Shown one piece after another: positions 1 to 10,329 of a DNA stretch of 64,000 nucleotides. Every line of letters begins with the position of its first letter. Positions within the stretch are counted from its first letter, which is position 1. Source of the stretch: Polymyxa betae A26-41 (taxonomy: Eukaryota > Protista > Endomyxa: Phytomyxea); assembly GCA_003693705.1 (NCBI GenBank), contig RBZT01000846.1, positions 62,001 through 126,000 on the forward strand, written 5' to 3'. The notes beneath the pieces were generated by a model, which saw only the letters and a list, made by a program, of their open reading frames with translations, was not told where the DNA came from and searched no databases. The position numbers and the translations under genes were made by a program.

Positions 1-1100
1 CAGTTCAATGTCAATAATGTGCTTGCTACTAACATCCTCAATTCTGATTACTTCCGAGAACTCTTGTGAGCTGTTGAATCTGTCTTTGATGTTGATTCTA
101 ACACGTAATTAGCGCTTTGAAAACCTTTCACGAAGTCATGCAAGAAGTTCTGAAGAAGGTGACCCATCTAGAAGCATTGACAATCGGTCAGACTCGTCTA
201 CCCAGTACAGCATTTTGCCTTCTTTACAAATTATTTACATTGAAGTTAACGGTGAAACAGCTCTGCTCGATGCTGTCGGAGAAGAAACCTCCCTTTGTTA
301 GAGGTCTTGGACTTCTCTATTTGCGATTCGTCCATCCCCCTAAACAGCTATGGCATTGGTTTGCACCGGTACTGAAGGACGCCACCGTTTTCTATCCGTC
401 TGGTCAATCAGCCCCATCTATGACTTTAGGAGACTTTGCTAAAAAGCTGCTAACCGAGCTGCAATATCCCGGCATCCTTTTGCCCCGGATTCCTGTTCCC
501 GTTCTGCGCGAATACAAAAAACTTATTCTTACGGGCGCCGACTCCCGTACGGAACCTGTATTCAACGACAACGACAATGAAGAAGAGCTCCCTGAATCGT
601 CATCAATTGCTCCTGGTTCTTTAGTACGTGCCCAATATTATGACGACGGGAAATACTACGATGCTGTAATCAAGGAGATATTTCCAGGCGGCAAATATCG
701 TGTGGCTTTTGTCGACTATGACGACGAGGAATCCGAGGTTCGCGGCTCAGCCATTAAACCTATAAGCGAAAGGAAACAAAAAGAAAAAGATCGTAAAAAC
801 AAAGAGCGCGATATTGAGGAGCAGATTCGCCGGCAAGAAAGAGCGTCAGCGCTTGCGCACGGAAAAGATTATGCTTCGAGACCAGCGAGCTGTAAAGCCA
901 CCATGTCCATCAACGAGCACAAACGTCGCCGGTCCAGGACCCCTCCACGTCGTGAACGCGAAGTCGTCAAGAAGATCATCAGGCCGCCTTCCCCGGTTCG
1001 TCCGGCCCCGTCTAGCCGTGCAAATCCCGAATTGTCAAAACGCCAGGCCGAACTGCTGGCCAGATACGGCGATGCGAGCGCCAATAAAAAGCCAGCTTGA
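1..1100 (+). CDS. PRPF38B: Pre-mRNA splicing factor PRP38B-like protein with internal Tudor domain (5' end outside window)
   Basis: PRP38 motifs NILNSDYFREL, PSTAFCLLYKLFTLKLT, RGLGLLYLRF, LPRIPVPV; Tudor-like segment GSLVRAQYYDDGKYYDAVI...YRVAFVDYDDEESEV; RS-rich tail; GT-AG intron ~66-112; TGA at 1098-1100. Confidence 0.85.
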
Positions 1101-1400
1101 AACTTGGCTTGGTAAACCGCCTCTGTCGGGTAGTGCGAACCTGAGTCCGTGGTGTGTCTATGTTGGGATCTGTTGGGGTCCATATAGAGGCTATTGAATG
1201 AATGTGCTTTAGGGGTAGTGGGCTGCTCTTAATATTATCATCGGTGAAGTCGGAGCATCGGCCGCCAATCATCTCCTTCAGCAAACCCGTCATCGTTATC
1301 TGATCTTGACGAACCCCCAGCTGGTCACACAGCCGCCATCGCCGTATTCACAGCAGGTTGTTGCGCGGCCGATTTTTGATTGGCGCATCACGCGTCGCCA

Positions 1401-2462
1401 ATGATGAAGAGGCTCTGGGCCGAAGCTTTGGAATTGGTGCGCCAGGGCGGCGCTACGCACGTCCTTCTCAAATACACCGATAGAGCAGGACGCCATCACG
1501 AGGTCCCGGTCTCGATCGGGACCCTCAACGACGACAGTCTTGACACCGGCATCCGTCTCGACAATGGCGACCTGGTGTTCCCGAACCCGACCACGGCGGT
1601 CCTGAACCCGTTCTTGGCACATTGCCCTCTAATCTCCTTCTCCTGCGATCTGCAGCGACGATCGGACGATTTCATGAACTTCAGCCAGTTCGATGTGAAA
1701 GATATCGATGCGTTGACGACATCGGAAATGCTGTCGTTGTTCCCTGAACGTGAAGACGAATTCCGTCAGTCGAATGTCATGACGGGCGACCCTGAGCAGA
1801 AGCTGTCTGTATCGCCGGCGGTCATGATCCCACAGACGCCAGCCCCGGCGTCTCCTAAAGCGCCATCGGCACTCAAGCCGAAGCGAAGCGAATCGACAGC
1901 CTCGACTCCCGGCGAACATCGCGGCACCAGTTGCCATCAATGTAAAAACGCTCGCAGCCTCGAACATCTGGCGTACTGCTCGAAACTGTTTAGCAAGCGC
2001 ACGTCGCATGATATGAGACATTGCCGCAAGAAGTTCTGTCAAGGCTGTCTGACCAAGTTCTATGGCGACTCGATTGAGAACTCGAAGATCGCTGGCTGGA
2101 TCTGTCCGTCCTGTCGTGGGCAATGCCGATGTGCTGCATGCGAGCGAAAACGTCGCAAATCGTCGACTCCGGCAACGTCGGCACTCCCGACCCCGGCTGT
2201 TAGCCCGAAAAGCAGTCTCTCTGGCGCCGGCGTCTTTTCGCACGATTTCGTCGAACTGATCGGTGGCGATCAGGTCCGAGCTTCGGGCGGCAGCCCATCG
2301 CTTCCTGATGAACACGTCGAAGACGAAGGATTCGTGGATTTGCCGGGCGGGAAGGTTGTCAAAGCTCGGCGTCCAAGCAGAGTGCAGCCGTACCCGTCGT
2401 CGCCGAAGCCTGCCGAGCCCAGCGATTACGATATCCAGCGATTACAGCCTCATACTTCGTAG
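1401..2462 (+). CDS. Fusion protein: glutamine synthetase N-terminal (beta-grasp)-like domain + zf-4CXXC_R1 (CDCA7/R1-type) zinc finger
   Basis: Intronless ORF, ATG 1401. N-term VLLKYTDRAGRHHEVPV...GIRLD...DLVFPNPTTAVLNPFLA...CDL resembles GlnA N-domain. Zinc finger CHQC...C...C..KFCQGCLTKFYG...WICPSCRGQCRCAAC at ~1932-2145. Confidence 0.8.
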   Translation: MMKRLWAEALELVRQGGATHVLLKYTDRAGRHHEVPVSIGTLNDDSLDTGIRLDNGDLVFPNPTTAVLNPFLAHCPLISFSCDLQRRSDDFMNFSQFDVKDIDALTTSEMLSLFPEREDEFRQSNVMTGDPEQKLSVSPAVMIPQTPAPASPKAPSALKPKRSESTASTPGEHRGTSCHQCKNARSLEHLAYCSKLFSKRTSHDMRHCRKKFCQGCLTKFYGDSIENSKIAGWICPSCRGQCRCAACERKRRKSSTPATSALPTPAVSPKSSLSGAGVFSHDFVELIGGDQVRASGGSPSLPDEHVEDEGFVDLPGGKVVKARRPSRVQPYPSSPKPAEPSDYDIQRLQPHTS

Positions 2463-2589
2463 AGGTGGCGTTGGACTACAATACCTTCATTGCAGTGAAA
2501 GATATTTTGCGATGATGAGGTCGGCCTCAGTATCAGCGAACCCTCTCTGCCCGTATTCGTTTTCTTGCTGCTCTTGAGACACTCGAATC

Positions 2590-3241
2590 ATCCATAGTTT
2601 AATGAATATCAAATATGAGATTACCCGGAGTCGTCTCCTTTGCAGTTAGCTGCTTTTATATATGTGTGTGACGCTCTCGTCGCCAACACGTGCCGGCCTG
2701 GGTTTGGCCTTCTTGTCGCGTCTGCTTCTCGAGAATGTTGAACAGTTTTAGAGGAGGCAGAACAAGCTCCGATTTCAACTTTTTCTCTCGAGCTGGCTCT
2801 CCTAATGTCTGCTCAGCTTCTAAAATGTAGCGGTTATTTGAGGGCAAGCAGGCTTCAATAGCGATTACGTAGTTTCTTGTTGAATTGCGTCCTTTCGTAG
2901 AGCATCTTAACGGTCTGTAGTCGTTGTGCGCCCTGACTTCTCCTAGAGGTCCCTCGTTGCATCGAGAATCTCGAATGCGATTTGAACTGTACTTGACGCT
3001 TTATGACGGATATCGGAACGTACGACTATCTGGTAACATACAGAATGGTCTTTATCATCGATTGCGATGAACAAAGACGGGAGAACGATGCTCAGACCGG
3101 ACGTACCGAAATAAACTGTATCGGGATGGGGATCACGAATCTTTCCCCTCGTGCTCTGAACCCAATCCTTTTTTATCGGCTGCTCGGGCTCTATGCGAGG
3201 CGGTTTCGTGAACAAACTCCGGCTGGCGGTTCCGTTCATTT
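2590..3241 (-). CDS. Possible multi-exon hypothetical protein
   Basis: Short minus-strand ORFs (2656-2847, 2943-3248) can be joined through plausible GT-AG introns; no recognisable motif; competing plus-strand ORF 3003-3293. Confidence 0.25.
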
Positions 3242-3368
3242 GCAGCAAGCTGCATTCATGGAACAGTACTACTGGATCAAAGTGAAAGTGTAGAAAATAT
3301 CTAGAAAAAATACGAAGTAAATTTATCTACCTGATTCTAGAGTGCTAATATCGATAGAGGAGCATTAC

Positions 3369-4241
3369 TTAGATCTTGTAGCTGTTCAGTAAAGTAATCC
3401 TTAAGGAATGGCCTCGGTAGACCTGACCGAGATGCCGCTTCAAGGCGCAGATAGCATCCTCTACCCGTGGGAATAATATTTCAGCATACGGCTTCAGGTC
3501 CTCGCTCTCATACAAATCGGCGCTGAGGATGTCATGCTCTGGAAAGACCTTCATGACGATCTCCTGCCCGGTTACGTCTAATGGCAAATTCTGAACTAAT
3601 AGTACGCCGGGATGTAATCCGTTCCCGAACAGCTCTGGATACGCTTGAAGGCTTTTCATTTTGAATCTGGAGGGCGCTGTCGGCTGCGGTTGGGGTTTCG
3701 GTTCGGTGATATTTTCTGACGTCGTCGGATTCGACGAAGTCGAAGTCTGAGGACGCTGAGATGGAGGTTCTCGCTGAGATGGAGGTTCCGGTTCATTTCT
3801 CTTTTCCGAAAGCAAACTCGGTGTCGACAAGCCATTCTCAAGCTTGAACTTCTTCGAAGCCAGCTCTGGCTTTGCAGAAGGAGCCGGTTCATTTCGAAAT
3901 TTTTTGCTCATTAGAACAATCGACGGTTTGCCATCGCTGACAGGAGACGACATCGACACTGGAGTTTCGTCTTTCCTTCTGACGGCCGTCTCATTCGGAA
4001 TCACGATCTGCAATTTGGTCGACGGCTCGTGATCGCGGCTGGGAAAGCGCCTGGGCGACACGTAATCGCGGCTGGAATGGCGCCGGGGTGACCGGCTGTG
4101 TCGCCTGGGCGACCTGTACTCGCGGCTGGAATGGCGTTTGAACGACGAATCGTAGCTGTTGCGTCGCCTAGATCTGGGCGGCGACCGGGCATCATCACGA
4201 ACCCGACGCCTGCCATTGACAAGGTTGAGAGTAACGCTCAT
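3369..4241 (-). CDS. RS/SP-rich protein with C-terminal RRM domain
   Basis: 290 aa intronless ORF; N-terminal RHSSR..SPR repeats; RRM-like LLVQNLPLDVT...KPYAEILFPRVEDAICALKRHLGQVYRGHSLRI. Confidence 0.75.
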   Translation of the reverse strand: MSVTLNLVNGRRRVRDDARSPPRSRRRNSYDSSFKRHSSREYRSPRRHSRSPRRHSSRDYVSPRRFPSRDHEPSTKLQIVIPNETAVRRKDETPVSMSSPVSDGKPSIVLMSKKFRNEPAPSAKPELASKKFKLENGLSTPSLLSEKRNEPEPPSQREPPSQRPQTSTSSNPTTSENITEPKPQPQPTAPSRFKMKSLQAYPELFGNGLHPGVLLVQNLPLDVTGQEIVMKVFPEHDILSADLYESEDLKPYAEILFPRVEDAICALKRHLGQVYRGHSLRITLLNSYKI

Positions 4242-4465
4242 TAATAAAAGTGACGTGGCCCTATAAAGAAGGAGGCTTCTACTCTCTATCAGATAACAAT
4301 ATGCGTACTAACATGGACCGATTTATTGACAAGATCGCTCTTATCAAGTGATAGGATGAGAGGCGTTGGCTGTTGAAGATAATTGTCTAGGTAAAGAGAG
4401 AGGTGTTGGGACGTTGATGCGGCGGCCTTATCGAATGGCCTCTTTCCTTACAGACGACACTCTCT

Positions 4466-5318
4466 ATGCAGGCTTCGGAGCTTGGCATCCCACCGGTCTA
4501 TCGCGAGTTTATCGTCAGGCTGGCGAACGAGTCCATTGAAGATTGCATTGTCGACGACGCCCTGGACCTGTTCGCCCATGCCTTCTATAATGCTGTCCAA
4601 TGGTGGAGATTGTGCTTGATCACTGATAAAGCTACAACTGAATGATTTCTAGCTCTGGGCATGCACAGATCCAATTCCTAGCTGTAGCTGCTTTCTGCCT
4701 CGCATGCAGCATAAACGATCAGGCAGAATATGGCGATGATCGGCTTCAGGAATATCCCGATCGGGATCAGATTATTATTCGTCGTCTGATGACATCCGAT
4801 ATCAGTTTTGTGATGTGGTGCCATCCAAACGTTGCTGTAGATATGGCTTCATATCTGCATGCATTCTGTACCCTGATTGGCCTAACTACACATCCAAGAC
4901 TAATTGCTTCCTATATCGTGTATGCGAACCATTTGTTTTCGTCGCATTTGAATTAATTTTTGCTTCGAACAGAAACAACATCTTATTACTAGGTCTATGT
5001 GGAAAGAAGCATTGCTCGAGCATCGCGGCAATTGCTGTTATTAGGACATGCGAGCTGCTTTCGCTCCATACCGGAATGACGCAGCAAGATTTCTGCTCGA
5101 CATTTCAGGTCTCGCTGACCTCCTTCAGAAAGCTGAATCGGCAGCTAGTAACATACTGGAGGCAGATCATCCCCGAACACCTCTGGCCATCGACGTCAGC
5201 CTTCGTCCAGGAATACCCTCAGCCGACTCTGGTCTTATCACAATATGGCCCTGTGCAACCATGCATACCAGCAGTTCGCGAGCGAAACTGCTTCGCCAAC
5301 CTCCCCTATCCGTGCTAG
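4466..5318 (+). CDS. TFIIB-like protein (two cyclin-fold repeats, no N-terminal zinc ribbon seen)
   Basis: Spliced model (introns ~4603-4650, ~4920-4970): IVDDALDLFAHAF...LAVAAFCLAC (repeat 1); ASYLHAFCTLIGL...GKKHCSSIAAIAV...TQQDFCSTFQVSLTSFRK...IIPEH (repeat 2) resemble the TFIIB core. Confidence 0.6.
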
Positions 5319-5739
5319 AATCGCTTTGTTGGGAAAATAAACCATAGAACCCTAACCACAGTGCGACTCTGTACATGGGCCACGATACATGAGCGACTGG
5401 CGACGAGTTGTCGGCAGCAGTCACCATTAGAAGAGGCTCCATCCCTGATTCTGTGACGGGGGAGCCCTCTTCATGCAACTTGAAGCACCCTGATATGGGA
5501 TCTCACTGTTTGAAATCCAGCGCTCTTTAGATAGCAGCTTTGTTTTCCACTCCCATCTCCGCTTGTTTATCCCATCGTAGCTGCGCTCCAACTTCCGATC
5601 GGGTGACTCATCGGCTAACATGGCGATCTCGCCGGCAACCCGGGCACCTGCCCTCAATCTTCTAATTCCGGTTTCTAATAATATTCCAGGCGCCCCCAGA
5701 TCTAAACCCTTTAGTTCCAGCCCTTCGTCGCGATACGCC

Positions 5740-6198
5740 ATGACCTATTCGCTAAAGCAGCTTAACTTTATCGCCATTGTAGAAGGCATCGTGTTGATCG
5801 GTGTTGTCGTGCTTTGTCTCCAAGTCCATATCTCAGAGATCATGCCTGTTATATATGGAGGCGTCAGTAACATTGCAATTTTATTTGGCGCGATTCTACT
5901 TGCTGTTAAATCGATGCTGTATTTACGAGGACCTCAAGGCGGTAAAGACGTCGCATTAAAGGCGGCGTGCGTGATGCATTTGGCTGGGTTTATTATTATG
6001 CTTTGTGTGCTGGCAGGCTTGCTTTATCAGTTTCACGATCAGCTATTTACATCATCTGCAACCAGAGTGGACGGTTTGAATTACATCGTGGCGGAATTCG
6101 CTGTGATGATTCTCTTGATATTAGTCGAATGTTTACTGGGTTGGATTATGTACAAGCGTAAGAACGATAATGATGCCGTTTATTGTCTGGATGTCTGA
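5740..6198 (+). CDS. Small four-transmembrane-helix membrane protein
   Basis: Four hydrophobic segments in ORF 5620-6198; start at ATG 5740 or 5620. Confidence 0.6.
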   Translation: MTYSLKQLNFIAIVEGIVLIGVVVLCLQVHISEIMPVIYGGVSNIAILFGAILLAVKSMLYLRGPQGGKDVALKAACVMHLAGFIIMLCVLAGLLYQFHDQLFTSSATRVDGLNYIVAEFAVMILLILVECLLGWIMYKRKNDNDAVYCLDV

Positions 6199-6454
6199 AA
6201 TTCCCCAACATAGTTATTTGTTTGTACATGACCGCAATCTCCGAGAAGACCATTGATGTTGAAGAAGCATGAATGCGTTCGTTGCTGCCGAAATTTAGCA
6301 ATAAAAACCCGCTTCTTGCATCTAGAGGTTGCAAGATCTCTCATCCTTCTGTTAGAGTGTAGTCCGAAGTTGACACTCTGGGACAATAAGCTGCAGCGAA
6401 GTGGTACAGTACGATGTACAATTTCATCACATCAATTGTCTGCAGGCGAAGAAC

Positions 6455-8004
6455 ATGTTGCGACGACGCCAACCAGATACTTTCGTAGTAGACAACATCA
6501 GCATTGATGACAAACAGAAGAGAAGACGGCCGCTGTCGATTTCGATATCATTGTTTCTTCTGATCCTTGTCTGCATCACGATCTTTCTGTTAACAAATCT
6601 GTCCCTCAACAAACGAACGTTGAAATATGCAGCTACATTCGTGTATTCAGATGAAGATGCGCCTTACAAAAACGAGCCCGTGAGGGAATATCGCAAACGG
6701 CTCGGCAAGCAATTGATGCAGAAAATTCCGGATACGATCTTTGTTTCGATCGCAAGCTACCGAGATGATGCCTGTCCTGAAACATTGGCAGATATGTTCA
6801 AGAAGGCAGCACATCCTGAAAGAATAACTGTCGGTTTAGTGGATCAGACTAATCTGGACAACCCGGAGACAGACGACATCTTTTGTGATGCCCTCCTGAC
6901 TCCAGAACAAAGGAAACAAACCCGACTTATTCGTATGGGGCATAAAGCTGCCCGAGGTCCGACTTATGCACGATTTCTGGCATCAAAACTGTGGGAATAT
7001 GAGCAATACTACATGCAGATTGATGCTCATTCGGAGTTCGCTCAGAACTGGGACCAGATGCTGATTGATAACTTGAGAACATTTCCTGATCCGGATCGCT
7101 ACGTAATCACACATTATCCTCCAGGGGAACCCACCGACTTAACACCAGAATCACCCGTCACCTGGATTTGTGCCGCTGAAGATCACGAACAGGCGCCTCT
7201 GGGACTGTTCGTGCAATCGCAAGACGTCTGTTGGGATGTGAATCAGTCGCCAGATCTGCCATCGGGAACATGTGTGTCGCCATTCATGGGCGGTGGGCTG
7301 TTCTTCGGAAGCGCTGATATGCTGATGGACGCTCCATATGATAAACATCTAGATTATCTGTTCCATGGTGAAGAGGTCCTCATTGTAAGTGATTCACCTA
7401 GCAGATTGCGATTACAGCTGATGGATCAGCATAGGCTGCAAGGCTATGGACCAGAGGATATAATCTGGTGACACCCAGGAAGAATGTATTGAGCCATACT
7501 TACGGTGGAAGAGAGAAGAATGTGTACGGAGATGGGATTGATGGTGAGGCTGCAAGGAGATCTGAAGCAAGAGTACGTCTGCTGATGGATGCTCTGGTTG
7601 AAAGCGATGAAGATGGAGCGGGGATTCCTCAAGACGAGATCGACGATCTCGGAATGGGGACGGTCCGCAGCATTGATGAATATAAAGAGTTCGCTGGTAT
7701 CAATCAGATGGGTCAAAAACAGTTCTCCTCAAGATGCAGGCAGCGGTTTCAGGATGGGCAATGGATCGATGTCAACAGTAATGGCAGCGGTCCTGAAGAC
7801 GGGGGAGAATCTAACGAAGATAACCCCGACGTCGTTGAGGAAGACAATCCAGACAAAGGCCAAGAAGATAACCCAGAAGAACCAGAAAACAACGAAGAGG
7901 AAAACCAAGAGAATCTTGAAGAGGAGCCAAACGAGGACACTCTTGAAGAGACGCAAGACGACAGCGATGACGTTATCGAAGAAGATAATAATGATGAAAT
8001 GTAA
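6455..8004 (+). CDS. GT60-family UDP-GlcNAc:polypeptide N-acetylglucosaminyltransferase (type II membrane, Skp1-GlcNAc-T-like) with acidic tail
   Basis: TM anchor then TIFVSIASYRD, GPTYARFLA, YYMQIDAHSEF (DxH), YLFHGEE; intron ~7385-7433; Glu/Asp-rich C-terminus. Confidence 0.85.
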
Positions 8005-8130
8005 AATAAACTGCAACAGCAAAATGTACGTGAATTAGAGCGCAGTTTTGGCAAGCCTGAACCTCTTCTACCAACATTTGTCCTCGTGAGATCCTGATTG
8101 TTAGAGCAATCTGCTCGGACCAAGTTATCG

Positions 8131-8843
8131 ATGTCAGCATCGCTGTCCGATCGCTATGAAAACCTCAGCAATGAATCGAATCCTGTCGTCTTTATAGATG
8201 TTTCGATTGGCAGCCATGCCGCTGGCCGTATCGTTATTGAGGTAAATGAAACTCATCATGACTGGGCATATCATCGATGATGATTGCTGTCCCCAGCTGT
8301 TTGCAGACTCGGTTCCAAGAACTTGTGAGAATTTCAGACAATTTTGCAACGGCGAATTCAAACGAAATGGAATGCCTCAGGGCTACAAGGGGGCCAAATT
8401 TCATCGAATTATCAAAGATTTCATGATACAAGTGATGCACACAGCTGTTGTTTATCTGTCAAATATCTAACACAAAATAGGGCGGAGACTTTGTAAATGG
8501 AGATGGAACGGGATGCACATCCATATATGGAGAGAAATTTGCTGACGAATCGTTCGGCAGGCGCCATGATTCCCCATTCATCTTGTATGTAGCTGTTTCG
8601 ATGCTGGTACTTTCGTGTATTAAGATTTCATTCTCCAGATCGATGGCGAATAGTGGCCCCAATTCCAACGGCTGCCAGTTCTTTATTCTAACTCAACCTA
8701 GTCCATGGTTAGATAACAAACATGTTGTGTTCGGGAAGGTTATTGACGGGTTTCTGACGGTTCGAAAAATTGAAAACGTCCCAACTGGGAAAAGCAATCA
8801 GCCCACTTTACCTATTATTATTACAGAATGTGGTCAAATGTAA
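8131..8843 (+). CDS. PPIH: Cyclophilin H (U4/U6 snRNP peptidyl-prolyl isomerase)
   Basis: [90 protein letters not shown]; three GT-AG introns. Confidence 0.9.
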
Positions 8844-8950
8844 TTAAATCATAATATTGCATCTTGTCATGCGATGCCCTCATGTTTCGGTTAACTTCCT
8901 GTCAAATTACTGCCTTTGCAGACTGCAATGTATCTCGCTGGTCATTGTGT

Positions 8951-10246
8951 TCATTGAGGGAACAGTATGTTTATTTCAGGTGACAATCTGTTCCCTAACA
9001 GTTGTAAATCTGAAATACGATAGTTACAAAATGTATTGATCATATGCCTCGATGGCACCTACTATAAGAATAGCTGAACATTGCTGGTGTATATCTGCTT
9101 GCAGGCAGATCTGGCCTAAGATAGCCCATTGCTTTGTAAGCAGACGCGAGCAGTTCCGAACAGAAATATGATTCAGTATCAACATCATCGGGCCGGTGAC
9201 GACGAAGCACATGAACAGAGGGTTTCCAAGAGTATCTTTCGAATGTAATAAGTCGAAGATTACGAATTTGAGCAGCAAGCTGCTTACCCACGACCAGCTG
9301 TTCGGCGACAAAATGCTGCTAGCGCTCTCGACGAAGCTTGCGATACAGGCGACTCCAAATGACGGATGCAGATTTGCGAATACTGATCGTGCCACATCTC
9401 AGTAACAAACGCCTCAAAGCTTCTGCATCGATCGATATTATGCGATGATTTCTGAGAGTCGGCAATTAATCGTACACTACATGAACTCCAGTATTGCCAA
9501 GAGCTTCAAGAACAGCGATCTGGCCGGATTTCAGCTTTAGGATCATTCCGACATGATCGTAAGAACTCTGAGTCGCCTAGCAAACCGTTCAGCTTTGGCG
9601 CCAAGATGGTGCTCTTTGCTGACGTTACGAACGATGCCTCCTCGAACACCGGATGTGCGAAATAACAGGATATCACCAGACTGACACGACTGGGAAATAT
9701 CACCAGCTGCTATATTGATTGGTGGTCCTAAATCTGGATTCGAACGAATCCTCCAAGGGTTTGTATGGTCGCTGAGCCATATCAGGAAGGATATCATAAA
9801 GGCGCCAAGAAATTTCCCAACCTGTCATTGATCACAGCTAGTGCAGGCCCTGTTGGAAGATATTTACTGTTGATTATATCACGTACCCAAACTGCTGCTT
9901 CCTCGTAGCAATCCGCTCTGAGATAAAAAGTTCTGTCGCCGTATTTGATCTGAAAAAACGGAGACTCGGCTGCTTCAAAAGAATCATCGCCATCCATCTC
10001 GACCTGGCAGGCGTCCTCGATAGCTTGCAGATTCAAAACGCCTCGTGCTCGCGGCTCGTTCCGCTTATAATATTGAATACAATTTGGAAATAGGACGAAC
10101 AGCCTGGGTTGCCATAGGTAGCGATCAGCGACGAAGTGGATTGGGGACCTGGTCCTTTTGTGAAGCACCCCGATTCTCGTCCATGGTCGTGGTTGTTGGT
10201 CGGTAGCCTGGTCATCTGGCGCCTGGTTCGGACCCTGGTCGTTCAT
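8951..10246 (-). CDS. PH domain + permuted NlpC/P60 (YiiX/YaeF, C92-like) papain-fold protein
   Basis: PH: GVLHKRT..WQPRLFVL...IQYYK...RTFYLRADCYEEAAVWVRDI. Then SGDILLF, SYDHVGMI, VLEA...GV, SYFCSELLASAYKAMGYL...YTPAMF; multi-exon. Confidence 0.8.
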
Positions 10247-10329
10247 CAGACGCGTGTCATGGGATCTGACGATCGAATCCAATCGATCTGCGAATGAAAC
10301 GAGGGAGGCCGCCGTCCAAACTACACATT

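Noticed and set aside
1629-2315. 228-aa antisense ORF over the zinc-finger gene, and similar long antisense ORFs elsewhere
   Set aside because: Expected in GC-rich coding DNA; no motifs
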